Of a DNA stretch of 64,000 nt, positions 25,614-37,816 are shown one piece after another; within the stretch, counting starts at the first letter, position 1; each line of letters starts with the position of its first letter. The notes under the pieces were generated by a model. It saw nothing but the letters and a program-made list of their open reading frames with translations. It did no database searches and was not told the origin of the DNA. The position numbers and the translations under genes were made by a program. Source of the stretch: Raillietiella orientalis (Eukaryota); NCBI GenBank assembly GCA_036172245.1, contig JAYWIR010000001.1:4278001-4342000 (forward strand), given 5' to 3'.

Positions 25614-26436
25614 AGGGCTCCAAACCCTGCAACGGACGAGCGGATGCTGCTCTGCGTAAGGGCCACGCTGTTGCTCGGGAGACTGGTAATTTCTTGACCC
25701 AGGATTCTGATCAGCCGCACACAAAAAACGCGGCTTTTATGCGTTTCCAAACGACGACCAAAATGGCGACCCCAATCCATGGATTTGCGTTTCCCTCCTC
25801 GCTAAGGTGCTGTTTGTTGTGTGCCGTCTGAGCCCAGTATTCGTGGATGCTTCCCCTCCTATTTTCTTTATGGGGAGCTGCGGCAGCACGCTGCGTGTTT
25901 CCCTTTGTGCATTTTCGTAATTTCCGGTCGTCTGCTCAGAAGAATCGTATCGCTCCCATCCGGAATGCATTTTCCTGCATCTGTCCCCGGAGTTCTCCCT
26001 CGTTCCGACCTGAGCAGCGGCACTTTCGCCGGTCTCCCACTATCGATCTCGGTTTTCGCTCTCGTTCGCGTACCCGGCGTCGGGTCGAGTTCCTCCTCCG
26101 CCTGCCTTCGGTCCTGACGGAGCACGTCGTCGCGTCGGGTGGCTCCGGACTGCTGCACGCACCAGAGCAGCACCCTCGTGAAACTCGCCAGCGGGCGCGG
26201 CCCGGCGCAGCCTGCAGCGCGGCGCCGCCGCCCGCCTTGGGAGTCACGCGGGCGAGTTCGGATCCAACCAGCATGCCGGGTCTGCCTTTGGTGCGCCCTC
26301 TGCGCGCGTTTCGAGCGCACCCGAGGTCCCTGGGAGTCCCTCGGAACCGGTGTCGCAGCTCGAAAAGCAAACGGTCCACCATGCGGATGAAGATGGTGCG
26401 GGGGCGAGCCACTTGAAACTGACCCTCCTCGGGTCC

Positions 26437-26588
26437 GCCTTCGCTTCGTGACGTCAGCCAGGACGATCGTCATGGTGACCAACATAAAAATACATGGCGA
26501 GCTGCTTCGCGGCGGAGCGTGGCGAGGCTTTAGCCGGACCGGTTTGGGTGGCTCATCCTTCGCACTGCGATGAGCCGCAGGGAATGAG
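26437..26588 (+). repeat. Diverged ~150-bp CRE-containing repeat, copy 2
   Basis: TGACGTCAGC..CATGGTGACCAACATAAAAATACATG..CGAGGCTT..GGTTTGGG..CTCATCCT..ATGAG..AGGGAATGAG. Confidence 0.75.
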
Positions 26589-26788
26589 CGAGTGACGAAA
26601 GCGACCCCGACCGATTTCAAGGTTTTAAAAAGCCGGGCTGCAAGGAAGGACCTCCCGCCGAAATCTCTCCGCGCGGCTGCGTTCCCCTCCCCCATGCCGA
26701 GGCGCCACCCCCCCGCCGCTTTCCAAGAAGGGCGTTCGCGACGATGGTGGAAACCGCAGCGCGCGCTCCGCGGACCGACACGGAGCAT

Positions 26789-26858
26789 CGTGACGTCAGC
26801 GCGCGCCCTCGGCATGGCGGCCAACAATGCAATCTAAAAATAGATGCTGGGCGGCTTG
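26789..26858 (+). repeat. Diverged CRE-containing repeat, copy 3 (5' part only)
   Basis: CGTGACGTCAGC..CATGGCGGCCAACAATG..TAAAAATAGATG matches the 5' halves of copies 1 and 2. Confidence 0.65.
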
Positions 26859-28613
26859 TACGGGCCCGTTTAAAGTGGCCCTCCCTGCCCGTACCGCAGC
26901 CGTCCCAGCTGCGTACGGAACCCTGAAGAAATCTGGAGTCACGCGATGTTCTCAACGTCAAATAGGTTATTCCGGAAGCGCTCGGGTAGGAAGTGTTCGG
27001 AAGGAAGCAGAATGACCATTTGGGGAGGCATTTGCTTTTCAAGCCGTTGCGTGGACAGCCCGCTCTGAGACTTTCGGATGCTCATTCTTGGAGTTCTACC
27101 ACTTTTCCTCCCGCAGGACTCTGCGGCTGAGGTTCCAGAAGTGAGCAGACGTAAACATCGATGGGCGTGTCCGAAACGGAACCAAGTCCTCAGCGTTTTC
27201 CTTCCGACCTGCCCGTTCTGTTGCGGAATTCATTGCAACACGGTGACGCCGGGACGTTTATTTGAAAATAAATGAATCGGCAAGTCAGACAAAAAAAAAA
27301 AATAAGTCCAGCGGGAATGACCACTGGCAAGAAGCCGGAGGATCGGTGGAATCGCAAATCCACACAGCAGCAGTAGAATGCGAGTTAACAGGGTGTGGTT
27401 CTTCAAAGATATGGGAGCTTGGGTGGAGAGATGGGTGCACTTCGGGACTCTTCACTCTCTCTCCCGCAAACCCACCAGTGGACTCCCAGACACATGCAGG
27501 AAGCCGGGCCCGCGGCCTCTTTTGCTTCCCCTCATCTTTCCAGGAAGCATTCGAGGCGTGCAAAGCGATCGAAGTAGGAAGCGGGGGACGTGTCTGCCCC
27601 GGGTTCGACAGATGCTGGTTCTCGTGTCTCCGTCGCGGAGATGAAAGTCGAGCCACGAGCCCCGGCAGGAGGAAGACAGGCTGCACCGCTTTTGCAGGCG
27701 CGGCTTCCCAGTTCGTGCGCGTTTTTGTGCTTTTTTTTGATTTTTGTTTCTTTTCTAATGAATCGGTTTCGTGCTCACTTGAAGGAGGAAGGAAGGAGGA
27801 GAGCACGCGAATGCTTCTTCGCGAGTCCTTCCGTTCGATGTCGTTCAACTTTTTCCGTCGCTCTTCTCCGAGAGTTGCTTACTATTAGGGAGGAGGGAGT
27901 CTGACCCTTTTCTTTTCCGCGTTCCTCTCCCCAACCCCCTCCTCGCCGCTTCCTGGGTTTGCTACGCACCAAAACGCGCTGCTTTCTGATTCCACGTTTC
28001 GTTGGCGGTTTGCGCGATCGTCTGCGTCGCCGCCCTCCGCCTTTCTATCTCTTCGTCCCTCTGCCTGGCGTGAATTCCAGGACAGCAGTCCAGGGGAACT
28101 CCTTTGTCTCATGCGCACTTTTCTCGTTTGCCTTTCAAGCTTGGGGCGAGGGCCAAAAACGGAAACGAAAAAGAAAAAAAAGGAGTCTGACTTGAGTGCT
28201 CCGAAGTGACCAATGCAATGTTTGCTCGACCCCTGAAGGAGCGAAGGCAGTAGGGAAGCAGGTCGTCGTTGTGCCGCAACTCGGGTCTTTCGGAAGCAGC
28301 GCCTCGTGATGTGGAGGATCAGGTGCCAGAAACGGCCCGGCTCGGCGCTCGGACGCGAGTGTGTGTGGGGGGGGGGGGGATCCGTGAACCCGACCCACGC
28401 GGACCTCTGGTTCCAGAGTCGCTCCCCTTTCCGAACGGGAGGACGTATCTTCAGAGCGAGGCGTCTGAGCGGAAGTGGACGTCGCAACTCCGAACACCTC
28501 CCGAAACGAGGTGGTCGCGTCGCCCGAGACGTCCTGGGGGTCCTCTCTGGGGTCGCTCTCAGGATCCTGCCTAAGGCGGGAGGATGCGCAGGAAGCGCTT
28601 TGCACCGCGTCTC

Positions 28614-28833
28614 CCCGAGTGTTCCCCGTCGCTCGCGTGCTCCGCCCTCGACGTGGGCCCACGCCCAGTCCTCTGCTTCCCTTGCGTTGCGTCCGCGCTC
28701 GCCCGGTCGGAGACGCCGTTGCCGGGAGGGGCCTGCTGACCTCCCGAGCTGCCCTCCCGCCTCCCTGCTTCCAGGACGGTCTGCGCTATCGCCGCTCTCC
28801 CATCGCGGAGGCTTCCTCTCCTGACCTCCCTCC
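28614..28833 (+). repeat. ~210-bp direct duplication, copy 1
   Basis: Near-identical to 31558-31764, with scattered substitutions and a 13-nt insertion (TGACCTCCCGAGC). Confidence 0.95.
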
Positions 28834-31557
28834 CAAGCCGCTGCGAGCCTGGTGCGTGCGGGACACGTGGCGCTGCGACGAGGAAGGACGCACGGAGGGC
28901 AGCGACGACGCGGGCGGCGTGCGCTCTGGCCCCAGTCCCTCTCGCCTCGCCTCTGCCTGCATGCTGCCTCCCAAGACGAAGAGCTTCGAGGATCAGAGGG
29001 AAGAGGAACGCTGCGGGCAGGGAAAGGACGCGGCAAGCACGGAGAGGTCGGAGTCCGCCAAGGTTCTCGCCATCGAGGTCTGTCCGTATCTGGTCCGGAG
29101 AGGCGACACGCGCGCGTCCGACGGCGCGTCGTCACACTGGCGGCAGCGTCCCCCCCCCCCCCCGCACGTCCTCGTTTCGAACCGCGCGTGCGCTCACGCC
29201 GGAAGGACTCTCGTGGTGGTGGTTCCTCTATTCCCCAAGAAGTGTTCCTGTCCACTCCCTCACGCTACGCGTCGGAGCTGGCCTTTTGCGGATTCCGGAG
29301 TCGAGAAGCGGCTGGTGAGAAGAGGGTGCAGGAAGAGGGAGTCTTCTCCGGCAGTGGCGAGCGGCATGCGGAAATCACTCGCACTTCCGGTCCACGTCAG
29401 GAACCTCTGTTCTCTCCAGACGTTTCGCGATTCCGTTTCCATGGGAAAGTGAAAATCTCCCTCTTCGGGGAGAAGGAGAAAGTGGCACCGGGGAGCAGTC
29501 CTTGCTTCCGGGAACCTGCTGCCGGGGAGGCTAGAGGCAGCTGCCCAGGAACCGTTGAAGGGGGAAGACGCGGGGAGTGCGTTCTTCGTGAGCCATCGCC
29601 GCTGTCTCCTGCCCACGACCTGCGCGGGCGGTCTTTCTGTTCCTTTGCGCGTCTTCCTCGTCTCACGGAGTCTGCGCCGACGCTCCTGCAGCTTGGGAAA
29701 AAAAGCACCGTGCCTACGACCGCATGGTGCGCGCGCGTTCCCGAGCCGATGCATGGTGCCCTGGAGGAAAGAGGAGGGCGATGGCCAGCCCCTTGCGCGT
29801 TTTGCTGTTCCCGTGTCCCCGGGGTTCCTTCCTCGGTGGGATGCAGCTTTGGGGGTTCTCACAGCGCGATTCCGTTCCAGCCGGTCTCTACAGGGGCGCT
29901 TCCGGTCGGTCCGTCGCGGCTCCCAAAGGTCAGCAAAGGCAGCTCCCCCCCTTTTCCCCCGCTGCTTGCGTCCGCCGCATCGTATGCCCACCCGAAACCT
30001 GCGTTCACTTTCCCCGCTTCCTCTTCGTGCTCCGGGAATCTCTCTCTCAGCGACAAGCAGATGGGCAGGGAGGGAGGGATTTGGAAATGACGTGACGGGC
30101 GATCCTCCGGACGTTGGTTCCTCGCGGAGGGGCAGATTGCGTGCCGAGTAAGTCTTCCCACGAACTGGAAAAGCGCTACTCCTTCATCCCAATCGCACCT
30201 TTTCTTGGTCAACGGACCTGCGTCTGAGAGGATGGCCTGCCCGTTCCCCTTCCGTTGCAACCAACTCGCATCCTACTCTGCGGGAGACGGTTGCGAGGTG
30301 ACCGGCTGCTCACCGCGGCGCGGCACCAGGGTCCTCTTTAGAGCACAGCGTTCCGTGAGCACGGGTGGCAGTTCAGGGGACACCGCATCGAGAGCGCCCC
30401 AGGGTGTCTCCCTCCCTTCCAGGTGTCGCCTTCCTTCCCCTCTTCCGGGAGCCCGCAGGCTGCCTTCTGCGAACCGACGGCACTTGCGAAAATGAGCGAA
30501 CGTCCATGTGTCCACTCGGCTCCATGCTTGGCTGCACTAAAGAAGGGGAGGGGGAGGGATCGAAGGGTCAGTCAAGTGCGGTCTCGTTCTCAGAGGTGGC
30601 GCTGCTCTGTACTCGCGGTATTCTCGACGTCCTACATACTCTCTCTCGCGCGCTTCCCCCTCCCCTCCAAGTCTTCCGATGCCTCCGGCCGAGTCCCAGC
30701 CGCGCAGCGCAGCCGAAAAGGTGACGCCTCCTCCTCCCCTTCCTGCCCTTGCGTTCCTGTGCGGACCTCAGCGTTGCCGGCAGCGGGATCCTTCTCATTT
30801 GCGTACCGGTCATCTGGAGCCGCGCGCGAGAGCGTTGTGGGGCAGTAGCGCCCTCCGACGTACGCCCATTTTTCCCGAGACACCAACCCCCCTGGTGACG
30901 GTCCCGATGTCTCCGACCCCCTTTCAGGGAGGGAAGCAACGGACTAGGACTCCTCTCAGAGGTGGGAGTGACGACTTCCGTTTCCTGGCAGCCCTGTGGC
31001 GGCTCCTCCCGGTTTCTCTTGCGGAGCGCGGAGGAACGCGAGCCGGGGGTTTCCAGAGGTGACCGTTCTCCGAGTCCTCCCATGCGTCGAAGAAAGCACG
31101 AAAAGAGGGGGGAGGGGAGGACTGCTGCTCGTCCGGGGGCACTGACGCCTCCAGGGGAATTTTCGAGGAGGAAGAGGAAGTCCGGCGACATCACCCGGCC
31201 TCTGGGCGAGGTAGTCCCCCCCCCCCCCCCCAAAAGACGGCTGGCGTCCTTCACCCAGCCACTTTGCCGCACGTCGCCCCGCTCCGAACCCGGGGAGGAA
31301 GTGCTGGCGGCGGCATTCCAGCCGGTGGTCCACGGCCACGGAGGCTACGGGACGGTGGCGGACCCACTGCGATCCGACCGCCTGCGCGCGCGCTCCGGAG
31401 CTCCTCGGAGTCTGGGGAGACGCGGTAGCCGGCTCGTCGGGAACGCCGCTGCCGGCTCGTTGCAGGGGGCGAGGTCGCGATCGGGGCGGCCGCAGCTCTC
31501 CTGTCTCCCTGCCTCCGCGCCGGAGACGCGAGCGGAAGCTCGCGAGAATCCCCCCCG

Positions 31558-31764
31558 CCCGAGTGTTCCCCGTCGCTCGCGTATTCCGCCCTCGACGCGG
31601 CCCCATGCCCAGTCCTCTGCCTCTCTTGCGTTCCGTCCGCGCTCGCCCGGTCGGAGACGCCGTTGCCGGGAGGGGCCTGCTGCCCTCCCGCCTCCCTGCT
31701 TCCAGGACGATCTGCGCCATCGCCGCTTTCCCATCGCGGAGGCTTCCTCTCCTGACCTCCCTCC
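31558..31764 (+). repeat. ~210-bp direct duplication, copy 2
   Basis: Near-identical to 28614-28833. Confidence 0.95.
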
Positions 31765-34700
31765 TTGCCTGTGCCCCTCTCCCCATCGGGGGCGTTCGAA
31801 ACTTCGAGAGCCTCGCGGAGGAGACTCCCATGGGCGAGGAGACTCTCCCTTTCTGCATGCTTCTCCTCCCTCTTCCTTTTCTGTTGTTTCTTCTCCGCTC
31901 CGAATCTGCTGCCCGGGTCTCGGGACCTACGAGGTTCGGGAGGGGCGGGCGCCTGCGTCGAGAAGCAGCGGCGCTGCATCTCATCGGGTCCGCTTCCACC
32001 CCAGACCCTTGCGGTCGCTGCTGCCGTTCTATTCCGGTCATCCTCTCGGTCACTGGCCGTCCATCCTCCGGCCCTCTCCACTTGGCTGCCCGTATCTTTA
32101 TAGAGCGCGTGGTGGAGGTCCAGCTTCTCCAGGAAGAGAAGCCATCGGCGACCCTCGGGAGGGGTGGCCCTTTCACGGGAGTTGCTGACCCCGGGAACTT
32201 CGTGCGTCGTGGACAGGCCGACGGGAGGACGAAGCGTCGACTAGAGCGGGAAGGCTGAGGGATCGCGGAGCTCCCGGTAAAAGAAAGCTGACCAAGCGAA
32301 GCGGATCCGCAGTGCTCCCCGAGGGCATGAAGTCGTTTGGGGAGGGACGACGGCTGCTGATGGCAGCTACCGTCTCCCGTGGAAGCGGCTGCTGCTGGTT
32401 CGGAAGGACCCGTCCCCGGGGCGGGCAGGAAAGGGGAGGGGGAGTACTGGCAAGCCCAATCAATGAGCTTGGGCTGCTGCCCCCCCCCCCCCCGACCAGG
32501 CAGCTGGAAGTTCATCACCCACCGACACGACTCCCCTTTCCGTTCCTCGGAGGTACTTCCCCTCGTCTTCGGTGCCGCTTTCGACGTGGGTTGCCCGAGT
32601 CCCCGAATCCCTGCGCAGCCGAGCGCAAAGAGGGCCGTGAGTGCCACAGACTATGGGCGCGCCCCTCCGCCTCCTCCCCGGGTGCGCAAGCGAAACGTTC
32701 GCACCTCCCGAGCGGGATCGACATTCGCGTCCCGACCACGTAATCCCGCCCCTCCTCCTCGCCGGCAGGCGGCCGCGGCGTACCTGCGGACGCGCAGCGG
32801 TGTCGGCTTCGAAGCGCTGCCAGCCGATGTTCGAGGGTTCCGTAGAATTTCCCGGACAAGGCACGCCTCCGGGAAAGGACCGCATCGCTTGAGGGTCTCC
32901 ACGGACTCCACGTATCCCGCGTGCAGAAGGAGGCGAGCGGCAAGGCGGTGCAGGAAGAACACGCACCGGCGTCTCTTGTACATCGATCGGTAATGTACAC
33001 GCGTGCACCCGTGGGGAGGCGCCTGCCGGCCGGGATGTTCGACCGGTACTTGCGCGAACGGATTCAAACTTGTTTCCCGTAGCAACGGCTCCGTATGTGG
33101 CCAATCGATCGATTGATAGCATAGAGTTTCCTCCAGAGTTTTTCTGTCGCGAGTTTCCGGACGCGGTGGCGAGTGGTGAGCCAACGGCAACCCGGATGCG
33201 CGCGCGCAACCCGGATGTTGCGTCACTGCTTCCGAGGGAAGAAATCTTCTCCACTCCTCCCCCCCTCCTGCATCGGGAAACGGAGAGTCCTGAAGAGTCC
33301 CGACCACGTCGCGACGTCGTCGCGTGCGCGCTCGGGGTGGCATCCGCCCCTTCCCCACGGCGCCATTCCGCTGGTTCCCTTCTGGCCAGTGTTCCCGGCG
33401 CATGTCCGGGCCCTTCAGCGCGCAGCACCACCGGTCATCTTCGTGTTCTTCCTGCCTCCGCGCCGGGGATCTCTCAGCTCTCCGTTGGAGAACGCGGACC
33501 AGGGCAGGCGGACGGCGATACGGGACCCTCGCTCTGGAGCGTCGTTTCCCGGCAAACCGACTCCCGGGATCGTTTGTTTCGCATCCTCCCTGATGAAGCT
33601 GACCAGATGCTCTAGCCTCCCCCGCAAGGAGCTGCAACTTCGCACTCGGCGCTCCGAGGACTGCGTTGTTCCGAGCAGCTCTTGCGCTCGGTGTCGACCC
33701 GGACCGCGGGTGCCGCCCGAAGAGGCGCAGGCTCGGGCGGGTGGCCGTTTAAGGCGCGGTAGTCAGGTTCGAGGGAATCAGCGGGCGCGGTTCCCCGGCA
33801 AAAGCGAGCCCGCCTTCCCGCAGGCGCGCTGATGCCGCGCTTCCCGCTCGCTCTCTCGCGACTGTCCCCTTCGCTGCTGGCTCGCCAGTTGCGTCCCGCG
33901 GGCTCCGTGTGAGATGCGCCGACGGAGCGCGCGCGTGCCGGGACCTTTCTTCAGCAGCTCTCGAGCGTTTCCGCGGCTTCTGTGGTCCATTTGAGTCCCC
34001 ACCTCCGCCCTTCTCACCGAAGTGTCGGAGGCGAAGAAGGCGGTGGTCCTTCAGATATCAGCCCGTATCTCCATCGTTCTTTCCACCTGAGGGGCTCGTG
34101 GCCTCCATCCGCCGCTTCCCAGTCCCGACGTAGCGCTGGGCGGGTGAACGCGTGGGGCCGCATACGACCACTCAGAGTCCGTCCTGGTCTATCGGCGTTC
34201 CTCCATCATTAGGAGACCTTCTTGCGTGTCCGGTGTCGGGGCGGTCCTCCAGATGGTGGTCGTTGCTACTGCCAGGTGGTTGGTCGTGACTGGAGGGCAT
34301 TCTCCTTTCTCCGCCCAGACTCACACGCACCTATCCACTAGGGGATCCTCGCCTTGGTAACAGACAAAGAGGAGCTGGGATCCACCCGTCCCGCGCTGGG
34401 ATCTCTCCCGTTGCATGGGATAGAAGGCCCAGAAGGAACGGGAGAAAGACGCGATGGCAAATAGAATTAAGTGACCGGCAGACGGGTAGCCGGAGGGAGA
34501 AAGACAGTAAATGTCCGTCTCCGAGTAGTCAATGTCATCTCCCGAAGGCGGGGTTTTGCCAGTGGGATCACCCGCAAGGCTCCGCTGCAACTCTCCATGG
34601 GATTTTCAAAGAGGGAAGAGATAGTCATCTTCTGTGCAGCAACAAGTAAGGAGGAGGAGGAGGAGGTACGCGCCACCCCCGCTGGCTCACGTGTCGACTT

Positions 34701-37565
34701 TGGTCCTTAAGGGGAAGGCAGGAGCAGGACTTGCGGAGCGGTCGGTCAGCAGGGGTTCTGAGAAACCTCCGAGAAAGTCTAAGAAGGAAGAGGAGAGGAG
34801 GAAGGATGAAGGGGAAGAAGAAGAGGAGGAGGAGTTGTTTATTTTTGAATACTCTCGAAGTTCTGGTTCACGGAAGTTCATCTGCGCTCGTTTCTCTGTG
34901 GGGAGGATCCGGGATACTGCGCTGTCTGCCGTTGGCACCACCTGAATCCTTCGCAGGCGAGCGCGCCCTCCTTGGAAAGATTCTTCCGGCGCCGCCTTGA
35001 TTGGTGCTGCCCTGCCCACAGAGCGATGAGACAGAGACGTTAAAACGCGACGCAACAGAAACCACCCAGATAAGTCGGCAAGAAACCGGTGCTCTGGATC
35101 ATGGGACTGGCGTGGCAGATGCAACGCGAGACGGGACGGGGGAGGGAGGGTTGTCTGGGAAAATGCCGTGACGCCGAGAGTTTCCCGTCTCCGAGGTGAA
35201 GTGCTCGCACTCGGGCGTAGACCGTGCCTTCGGGCCCGACCTACCCTGCCTCCACCTCACGAGACAGGAGCTCGTACGCGTCTTTCGACCGACCAACACA
35301 TTGGCTTCTGCCACGTTTCATGTCAGACGACATGTCAACTGTTGGAGCTGGCGGCGACTCATCCCATTGCCGACAGAGATGTTTGGGATTTCTCGCCGGT
35401 GCCTCCTTTCTTCCCCACCGTCGTGCTTTACCCTGCTGGCTGCGAGCTCGAATCGGCTCTTCCCGGGAAGAATTTCTTTTCTTCTCCGGGAGTGCGACCC
35501 ATGCAGGGAGCCACGAAGGTGGCACAATCGTCTGCGCGCCAATCCCAGCGCGCACGTTCTTTCCGCGTCGTTTCTTTGATTTTTCTTTCCATTGCTCAAT
35601 AGCCTATGTCGTGGGAAAACGAAAGATTTATGGTTGCCATGACAGCGAACGAGTTTTCAAAGCGCGGCTGTTCTGGCTTGCCGGGGTCCCGCGCTTCGGA
35701 AGGCGGGCTTCAATCAGTGGTTTCGTATCTTTGCCCACGGGAGGCGCTGCTGTTCTGCATCTTCAGCAGTGGATGAGCGAAGCCGCGCTGGTGGCAACTC
35801 GAAGATGTGCTCTTGGATGTCGTTTTGGGATCGACCGAGTCCAACTTCGGGACGTTCCTCGGGAACACCTACTCGCGTATCGCGCTGGAAATTTGCAGTC
35901 GTCGTCTTCCTTCCTTCCTTTCTTCCCGAGCTTCACGCGGAGGCTGCATCTGCCAGGTCTTTAAGACCCTCCTTGGCCTCGTTTCGACTTGCACCTCCCT
36001 GGACATCCGGTTGCGCGCCGTACGTGTAAGCCGATGTCAAGGGATGTGCCCGAGGGAGACCGCGCAGCGGACCTGTAAATCCGGTAATGATGGAATCTTC
36101 CACCATGGGTCAGGGATGCTTGTGTTCTTGGAACTGGAGGCTGCAAGTTCTCCCCGGAGCAGCTCCTTCGCCCGTCATCTGCTCAGCTACGGAAAAGGAC
36201 CGGGGATCTCATCGGCGACATGAGATCCTGGAGGTTTTTTAAGTCCCCGGTCTCCATTTTGTCACGTGGTTTCTTCGAACCTCCTCCTCCTTCCACGCTC
36301 GGTAAAACGAGCAGCGTCCGGTGCGAGACCCAACCTGCGACGAAGTCGACGAAGTCCCCCCCCCTTTGCTTCCCTCCGGTCCCGTGTTGGTTTGTATCAC
36401 CGCGCGTCCACACGCCGGCATTCCGCCTCTCGGTGTGGTCCTTCGCGGACCCTTCTCGTGAGGCGACTTCCGTTGAGGGTGCACGCAGATGAGTCACCGG
36501 CGATTCGTGGCCGGTGAGCAGCTGAGGGGCCGCGAGTTGCTGCCCGATACGGGCGGTGCTCCATCTCTGAAGATTCCTGGAACCGCCGGTTTCCTTTCTC
36601 CAGCTCCGCGGTGCAGCCGCATTTTCTCGTCTTCCCGCTCCTCCCCTTTCCTCCTGCGCGCAGAGCGGCGGGAATTCTCTCGGAATCCCGGATTTCCCGT
36701 TGCGCATCACCCAAAATTGCGCCGCAGTCGCTGCCGGGAAGCGAACGGGCGAGAGGTTTCTCACTCTGGTCAGACCGATGCGTTTGTTTAATAAAAAAAT
36801 AAATAAATAAAAAAACAATTGGGAACTCGGTTCCCAGCCGAAGAAGTCCAAGGGGGCGACCCACTGACACGCTGGTCGGGACACCTACAAGTTGGGAACG
36901 GGAGGGAGGGACAGTACATGGATGACAGAATAGGGAGGGTGGGGAGGCACGCTTCCCTGGTCACTCCTGCCCCTTCTAGAAGAGGAAAGAAAAAAAAACG
37001 GGAAATTTACGGAACGGGTGGGAGGGGACAAAAAAAATAAATAAATAAGGGGTGGTGGATGGGGATGGAGGGTCACCGGTGTCAGCCGTTCCTTCCTTTT
37101 AGAGCCGGCGCTGGATGCTGCCAATCTTTGCCCTTCACTTCGTGTTCGGCTCGCAGCCGTCTTCATGTAGACGGCTGCCATGCGGGTGACCTCCCTCCGC
37201 AGCGCTCGGCTCCTGCAAGGCGTGACAGGTCATGACGATGGTGCGGTTGCGATCATTGCGCTCCATCGAGGGTCCGCCACCCGCGAAGGACTGCCACAGC
37301 AGGTCCCGTAGGCAGCGGGGTCCTCCTGCCGCCGGAGCGCCGAAGTCAGCCTTCGCTGCAGTTCGTGGAGGACGCCGCAGTCCAACACCGGGCGCGGGAT
37401 CGACTCCAGCGATCCGTCCCTGGACCAGTTCGGAGATGCGGCTCCCTCGGAGACGAAGGTTGCCCTCGTTGGCGGCCGCGTGACACCAGGCACTGCGGGG
37501 TGAATCCCGCCCGGGGAAAAGGATCGACGCCGAGAAACGGGGGGGAGAAAGGGGGGGAGATGCGT

Positions 37566-37816
37566 CGTGGGTTTCGAGTCGCTCCCGGCACTGGTAGAAG
37601 CTGGATGCCCCGATGACTGGCCAGAACTGAGAGTTGACCCTCCGTGGTCATTCCAGGAATCAAGGATCCCTTCGAGGTTCCCTTAGGAGACAACCGGGAC
37701 GAGGGTTCCCTCCCTAGCGTAGGAGACGTTTCTCCTGGATTCATAGGGTGATCACCCTGAGGTTACTCCCGATAACTTGAAGAGTTCCACGCACACTCGG
37801 GTGTCGTGGACCCGCG
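37566..37816 (+). ncRNA. Unknown highly structured RNA-like element, copy 2 (compact form)
   Basis: Collinear blocks shared with 16234-16842. Terminal helix CGUGGGUUU-CGA (37566-77)/UCG-U-GGACCCGCG (37804-16); helix UCCAGGA (37652-58)/UCCUGGA (37733-39). Confidence 0.65.

Noticed and set aside
27885-33832. Long ORFs (up to 563 aa) in the GC-rich block
   Set aside because: Arg/Pro/Gly/Ser-rich, overlapping on both strands, no domains; expected from low stop-codon frequency at high GC.
36585-36613. Minus-strand HRGAGE resembling the missing GDPD motif
   Set aside because: Not followed by ENT, no upstream TM segment, no suitable splice sites.
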